A stretch of 64,000 nt of DNA from Patescibacteria group bacterium. GTDB lineage: Bacteria; Patescibacteriota; Patescibacteriia; SBBC01; CAIJZX01. The stretch covers positions 14,374 to 78,373 of the forward strand of contig JBBTRH010000012.1 in the NCBI GenBank assembly GCA_038065275.1. The letters are read 5' to 3'. The notes beneath the pieces are model-generated. The model had not been told where the DNA came from. It worked only from the letters and a program-made list of their open reading frames with translations, and ran no database searches. The position numbers were made by a program, and so were the translations under genes. This document shows positions 59,472 to 64,000 of this stretch, piece by piece; within the stretch, counting starts at the first letter, position 1; every line of letters begins with the position of its first letter.

Positions 59472-59834
59472 CTATCCCAATGGTCCTAATGGCCAGCCAC
59501 CCAGCAGATGCAGATGGACATGATCCACCTCCTGACCGCCGTGGCGGCGGACGTTAAAGACGAGGCGATAGCCGTCGGCGGCAATACCCTGCTCTTCGGC
59601 CAGGAGTTTTGCCCGTAACAGCATCCGCCCGAGCAGTCCGGTTTCCGCCGCGGACATCTCCGCGACCGAGCGAAGAATATGCTCTTTCGGAATAATCAAC
59701 AAATGCACCGGCGCCTTGGGGCGGATGTCGGGGAAAGCGTACAGTTCGTCGTCTTCATACGCGACCGTGCTCGGTACGGCCCGGGCCACGATCCGGCAGA
59801 AAATACAAGCGGGGTCTTTGCCGGCCGAAGTCAT
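59472..59834 (-). CDS. HIT family nucleotide-binding protein
   Basis: CIFC, GQEVDHVHLHLLGG. Confidence 0.93.
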   Translation of the reverse strand: MTSAGKDPACIFCRIVARAVPSTVAYEDDELYAFPDIRPKAPVHLLIIPKEHILRSVAEMSAAETGLLGRMLLRAKLLAEEQGIAADGYRLVFNVRRHGGQEVDHVHLHLLGGWPLGPLG

Positions 59835-59849
59835 GCGTAGACCGGAGCT

Positions 59850-61253
59850 TTAAACATCGGCGTCGATGTTGCGGGGAACCGTCGCTTCTTCCTCGGCCGG
59901 CGCTTCGTCGCGGTACTTATCGAGCCGCTCGGGGACGACTTGGCCGGTGACCGGCGTGACGCCGTTGGCGCGGTTCTTATCCAGCCGCTTCTTGATTTCC
60001 GATTCGACTTTGGCGAACGGGACCACTTCCTGAATGCCGTTTTCCATGTCTCGGATTAGGATGGTATCATCCATCATTTCTTTCTGGCCGACGATCAGCG
60101 TATAGTGGGCGCCGAGCCGGTTGGCGACTTCGAGCTGTTGTTTGATGCCGTCTTTAGTCATACTCTCGGCGACGCGAATGCCTTGGATCCGAAGCTGTTC
60201 AAAGAGTTTCAGCATTTTCCGCCGCGCCGGGTCGCCAAGCTGAGCGACAAAAATTTCCGGGGTAGCCGACGGACGAGGCGGAATCTGTTTCTCCTTGAGC
60301 TTCAAGATGATCCGTTCGATCCCGCCGGCAAAGCCGAGCGCCGGGGTCGGACGACCGCCGAGCTTTTCAATCAGCGTATCATACCGGCCGCCGCCGCCGA
60401 GGCTGACCTGACCGGCCTCGTCGTCAGCCGCCCAGAACTCGAAGACGGTGCGGTTGTAGTAGTCGAGCCCGCGGACCAGGCGCGGATTGAGAACAAACGG
60501 CACATCGAGTTCATCCAAGTACCCGAGAACCCCCTGGAAGTGTTGTTGCGAGTCCGGATCGAGCGCGTCGAGGATTTGCGGCGCATCAGCCAGAAGTTCT
60601 TGCACCGGCGGGTCTTTGCTGTCCAGCAGTCGGAGCGGATTCTTCTGGAGCGTCAAGCGTTGCTCTTCGTTCAGTTCGGACTTCTTCGTCTTCAGGTATC
60701 CTTGCAACGTCTTGGCGTATTGGGCGCGCGTCGCCTGGTCGCCGATGCTGTTCACCTGGAGCGTCGTCTCCAGGCCGACCGACTGGTAGATGGCGCGGAC
60801 CATCATGATCAGTTGGGCTTCGAGGATGGCCGACTGGCCGCCGAAGATCTCGAAACCGAATTGCCAGAACTGGCGGTAGCGGCCGGCTTGAGGCCGGTCA
60901 TGGCGGAAAAACGGACTGAAGTACCACAGTTTCACCGGTTGGGGCAGGTTGAGCATGCCGTGTTCGATGAAGGCCCGGGCCACGCCGGCCGTTCCTTCCG
61001 GACGGAGGCTGACATGGTCGCCGCTATTGTCGGCGAAGGTGTACATTTCCTTGCCGACGATATCGGTTCCCTCCCCGACCGAACGGGTAAACAGGCTGGT
61101 CGCTTCGAGCACCGGCGTTTCGATCCGTTCAAACCCGTAACAATCGGCCAGGTGGCGGGTGGTATCGAACAACCACCACCAGTACGGCTGGTCGACGGGG
61201 AGGATGTCTTTCATGCCGCGGAGGAGTTGCGGCGGCTGGAGCTCGCGGGGCAT
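59850..61253 (-). CDS. hisS: histidine--tRNA ligase
   Basis: RGMKD, KEMY, LRPEGTA, GRYRQF, LVRGLDYY, GGGRYD. Confidence 0.97.
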   Translation of the reverse strand: MPRELQPPQLLRGMKDILPVDQPYWWWLFDTTRHLADCYGFERIETPVLEATSLFTRSVGEGTDIVGKEMYTFADNSGDHVSLRPEGTAGVARAFIEHGMLNLPQPVKLWYFSPFFRHDRPQAGRYRQFWQFGFEIFGGQSAILEAQLIMMVRAIYQSVGLETTLQVNSIGDQATRAQYAKTLQGYLKTKKSELNEEQRLTLQKNPLRLLDSKDPPVQELLADAPQILDALDPDSQQHFQGVLGYLDELDVPFVLNPRLVRGLDYYNRTVFEFWAADDEAGQVSLGGGGRYDTLIEKLGGRPTPALGFAGGIERIILKLKEKQIPPRPSATPEIFVAQLGDPARRKMLKLFEQLRIQGIRVAESMTKDGIKQQLEVANRLGAHYTLIVGQKEMMDDTILIRDMENGIQEVVPFAKVESEIKKRLDKNRANGVTPVTGQVVPERLDKYRDEAPAEEEATVPRNIDADV

Positions 61254-61256
61254 GGG

Positions 61257-61967
61257 CTAGGGCGAGGTCAGATCGATCTTCGGGGTCGAAAAACCGGTGG
61301 CTCGTGACAACGGCCAGGCCCGAAAAGCAGTCCGGCCGATGATATCCCGGCGGGTGACCGGACCGAAACTCCGCGAGTCAAGGCTGGCCGGCCGGTTGTC
61401 ACCCAGCACGAAGTACTGACCATCGCCGAGGGTCAAGTCAAGATTGCCGAAGGTGATGACGCTACCGGCCAAGTAGGTGCGCTCATCGAGGACGACGCCG
61501 GCGGGGTAGGCGGCGTTGGCGATAGTGATTTTACCGTCGTTGATCGTCAGCCGCTCACCCGGCAAGCCGATCAGCCGTTTGATCAAGAATTCGCCCAGCG
61601 ACGGGTTGCGAAGCACCACCACGTCTCCCCGTTGAGGCTGATGCAGGCGGTACGACAGTTCGTCGATGATCAGGTATTCATTATCGCGAAAGGTCGGTTC
61701 CATCGACGCCCCTTTGACGTAGAACGGCTGGAGAATGAACGTCCGGATGGGGACGATAATGGCCAGGGCGATGACCACGATTTTCACCAGCTCGACCAAG
61801 AAACCGCCGAACGAGCTGTTGAATGACGGCAGGAAATCCGACCGCTTGGCCGGCGCCGCTAATTTTTTAAAATTGGTCGACATCCCCCGGAATGATCGCG
61901 GGTCGCCGAGCGGGTTGGACGCGGGTGCGCTGTTTTTTGGTTTGGGGTTGGGTTTCGTGATAGGCAT
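61257..61967 (-). CDS. lepB: signal peptidase I
   Basis: GASMEPT, IKRLIGLPGE, GDNR..S.DSR.FG. Confidence 0.94.
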   Translation of the reverse strand: MPITKPNPKPKNSAPASNPLGDPRSFRGMSTNFKKLAAPAKRSDFLPSFNSSFGGFLVELVKIVVIALAIIVPIRTFILQPFYVKGASMEPTFRDNEYLIIDELSYRLHQPQRGDVVVLRNPSLGEFLIKRLIGLPGERLTINDGKITIANAAYPAGVVLDERTYLAGSVITFGNLDLTLGDGQYFVLGDNRPASLDSRSFGPVTRRDIIGRTAFRAWPLSRATGFSTPKIDLTSP

Positions 61968-62028
61968 GAAGAATAGAAGTCGAAATAATGTTTCTTGGCG
62001 GCCTAACTCCGCTGCACCATCTATCCAC

Positions 62029-62112
62029 TGGTGGTCGCACCCCGCAGAACACTCACTTTGTTCGTGTCTACGGGGCAGGCCTGGGCTCGAACCAGGGACC
62101 TTACGGATGTGA
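62029..62112 (-). pseudogene. tRNA-Val 3' fragment with palindrome insertion
   Basis: Copy of 62210-62253 with CCCCGCAGA...TCTACGGGG inserted. Confidence 0.7.
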
Positions 62113-62149
62113 CGGCGCGCTCCCCGGCCCGCTTCGCCTGCGGTTAAAA

Positions 62150-62578
62150 TTAGTAAATAGTTTCTGGTGGGGATGAGAGGATTCGGACCTCTGACCTTTC
62201 CGACCCCGCTGGTGGTCGCACCTGGGCTCGAACCAGGGACCTTACGGATGTGAACCGTACGCTCTGACCAACTGAGTCCCGACGTTCCGTGCGACGGAAG
62301 TCGGGATCCCGACTCTCGCTTAGCGAGACGTCGGGACTACTGTCAATAATGAGTTTAATTACTTTTCGACTCTTTTTCGTTTTAAGGGCCCGTTCTCTTT
62401 TCCGAGCCTCCGACAACGTTGGATACCGTTCTACTCGCACCAGCTTCCAGGGTCGATAGGGCTTCGTGGAAAAACTCTTTCCAGTGTTATGCTCGCGTAG
62501 CCTCTTTCGTACATTACCGGTCGTACCAATGTAGTAGCGTCCATTCTTCTCACTCTCTAGGAAATATACGTGCCACAT
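62150..62578 (-). CDS. GIY-YIG nuclease
   Basis: VYFLES...YYIG.T...RL.EHN...RPW...EA.KRE. Confidence 0.9.
   Translation of the reverse strand: MWHVYFLESEKNGRYYIGTTGNVRKRLREHNTGKSFSTKPYRPWKLVRVERYPTLSEARKRERALKTKKSRKVIKLIIDSSPDVSLSESRDPDFRRTERRDSVGQSVRFTSVRSLVRAQVRPPAGSERSEVRILSSPPETIY
62165..62203 (-). pseudogene. tRNA 3' fragment
   Basis: AGAGGTCCGAATCCTCT-CATCCCC-ACCA. Confidence 0.6.
62210..62276 (-). pseudogene. tRNA-Val(CAC) lacking 5' acceptor strand
   Basis: CTCAGTTGGTCAGAG...TTCACAT...TGCGACC-ACCA preceded by TCCCGAC/GTCGGGA double hairpin. Confidence 0.72.
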
Positions 62579-62608
62579 TATACAGGAGGGTTTACATTTT
62601 AGCCTTAT

Positions 62609-62685
62609 TGGTGGCCACTGCTGGATTCGGACCAGCGACCTCACCGATGTGAACGGTGCGCTCTAACCGACTGAGCTAAGTGGCC
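62609..62685 (-). tRNA. tRNA-Val(CAC)
   Basis: GGCCACT...TTCACAT...AGTGGCC-ACCA; T-loop TCCGAAT. Confidence 0.88.
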
Positions 62686-62763
62686 GTGGCGGGCAGGTAT
62701 GTCCGGCGCTTTCACTGAGGCGACCAGAAACCGCTAAAATAACGCCAGAATAGCCACAGGATA

Positions 62764-63480
62764 TCACCTTTTTCCATTCGATGCAAGGGTGCGGCGTCGG
62801 GCGAGTTGCCAAGCCAGCCGGACATCCTCGGCCGCAATCCGCCAGGAAAATTTCGACCGGCCGCCGCGGCGCTCGCGGAAAATCAGCGGGACTTCGCCGA
62901 TCCGGCCTCGCCGGCGCCGGGCCAACCAGGTCATCTCCATTAACCAGGCGTAGCCGACGCCGGTCATTGGTTCAGACATCACCTGCCGCAGAAAATCAGC
63001 TCGCCAGCCCTTGTATCCCGTACTCCAGTCGCGCACCGTCCATCCGAGCAGGGACCGGATGTAGATATTGCCCAGGGTGCTGACCCAGCGACGATACCAG
63101 ACGATCGGGAATCGGCCGCCGCGCACGTAGCGTGAAGCCAACACCAGGTCGAGATCGCGCAAGCGTTCCAGGAGCACCGGGATAAGAGCCGGATCGTGGG
63201 ACCCGTCGGCGTCCATTTGCACCACCAACGTCGCTCCCTGCCGAAGCGCGTATCGAAATCCGTCCCGGTAGGCCGATCCCAGCCCGAGCTTGCCGGCCCG
63301 ATGGAGGACGTGGAGGTGGGTGTCTTGAACCTGGAGTCGGTCAGCGATACGACCGGTTCCGTCCGGCGAGTTGTCGTCGACAATCAGCAACTCAGCTGTC
63401 GTCCGCCGACGAATGTCGCGGAGGAGCGCCTCCAGGTTTTCCGCTTCGTTGTAGGTGGGCAGGACGATCCAGGTCGACAT
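62764..63480 (-). CDS. polyprenol monophosphomannose synthase-like GT2
   Basis: PTYNEAEN, VDDNSPDGT, GLGSAY, MDADGSH. Confidence 0.92.
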   Translation of the reverse strand: MSTWIVLPTYNEAENLEALLRDIRRRTTAELLIVDDNSPDGTGRIADRLQVQDTHLHVLHRAGKLGLGSAYRDGFRYALRQGATLVVQMDADGSHDPALIPVLLERLRDLDLVLASRYVRGGRFPIVWYRRWVSTLGNIYIRSLLGWTVRDWSTGYKGWRADFLRQVMSEPMTGVGYAWLMEMTWLARRRRGRIGEVPLIFRERRGGRSKFSWRIAAEDVRLAWQLARRRTLASNGKR

Positions 63481-63557
63481 AGTTCAAGCCTCGGTCTACG
63501 CCTGGGCCGACCTTAAGTCGCCCGCTGTTTCCTCATCGACGAGTAGCACCCGGCGGG

Positions 63558-64000
63558 TCATGGAAACGGCGGGGTCGGCGGCTGATAGCGATAGGGAGAC
63601 GGCGACACCGGCGGCGGGGCGGACGCCGGATTGCTTGGTGACGGCGGAATTGCGACGGGCGGCGGTGAGCTGACCGGCGGAGCCAGATCTTGCTGGACCA
63701 GTTGCTGGGCCTGGCGCAGTTCCTCGAGTTCACGTTGGAGCACCTCTGACTTATGCCGGGCATCACGTTCCAGGGTCGCTAAGTCATGGTGAAAGGTGCT
63801 CCGAATGCGGACCCGGCGGAGGACGGCCAGTCCGATGCTGGCCAGTACGCCGCCCCCCAGGACGATGATGGCGCCGTTGGCCACGGCCGGATTACGAAGC
63901 AGCGGGACGCGGGCCAGGAACGGCAAACCGCCGGCGACCACGGTTAGTTTCGCTGAGCTGTCGGTGAAATTGCCGGCCCGGTCGAACGCCCGGACGATGT
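63558..64000 (-). CDS. partial membrane-anchored protein (C-terminal part)
   Basis: TM, coiled coil, Pro-rich tail; start lies outside the window. Confidence 0.55.
   Translation of the reverse strand, partial: IVRAFDRAGNFTDSSAKLTVVAGGLPFLARVPLLRNPAVANGAIIVLGGGVLASIGLAVLRRVRIRSTFHHDLATLERDARHKSEVLQRELEELRQAQQLVQQDLAPPVSSPPPVAIPPSPSNPASAPPPVSPSPYRYQPPTPPFP

Noticed and set aside
60105-61307. Long antisense ORFs (also 25408-26058, 44766-45494 and others)
   Set aside because: Shadows of high-GC genes on the opposite strand, with no recognisable motifs.

Overview
High-GC, compact chromosome segment whose gene content (membrane-anchored Clp ATPase, IleRS with an inserted His-phosphatase domain, giant pilin-fusion protein) points to Patescibacteria/CPR (Parcubacteria-like). 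This taxonomic call is an inference; genetic code 11 fits. Core genes: recO, ileS, argS, smpB, tmRNA, infC-rpmI-rplT, tRNA-Asp, comEC, prfB, htrA, btuR, nrdR-nrdJ, ftsAZ, ybeY, rpsU, hisS, lepB and tRNA-Val. The most striking signal is non-genic. (1) Five conserved loci (infC, tRNA-Asp, prfB, htrA, tRNA-Val) are flanked by diverged duplicates of their own 5' or 3' ends, each cut off at a palindromic REP-like element, which suggests repeated gene-end replacement. (2) Several REP-like palindrome families occur near stand-alone DUF559, GIY-YIG and HUH/RAYT nucleases and are inserted in-frame into essential proteins and into a riboswitch. (3) ~100-bp TIR elements carry 4-bp target duplications that hit -35 boxes and start/stop codons. 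Also present: a cobalamin riboswitch/uptake/BtuR/NrdJ module, a DGR-like RT relic and an orphan DGR-target-like gene, and a tandem cassette-like island. All family assignments come from motif recognition; no database search was run.
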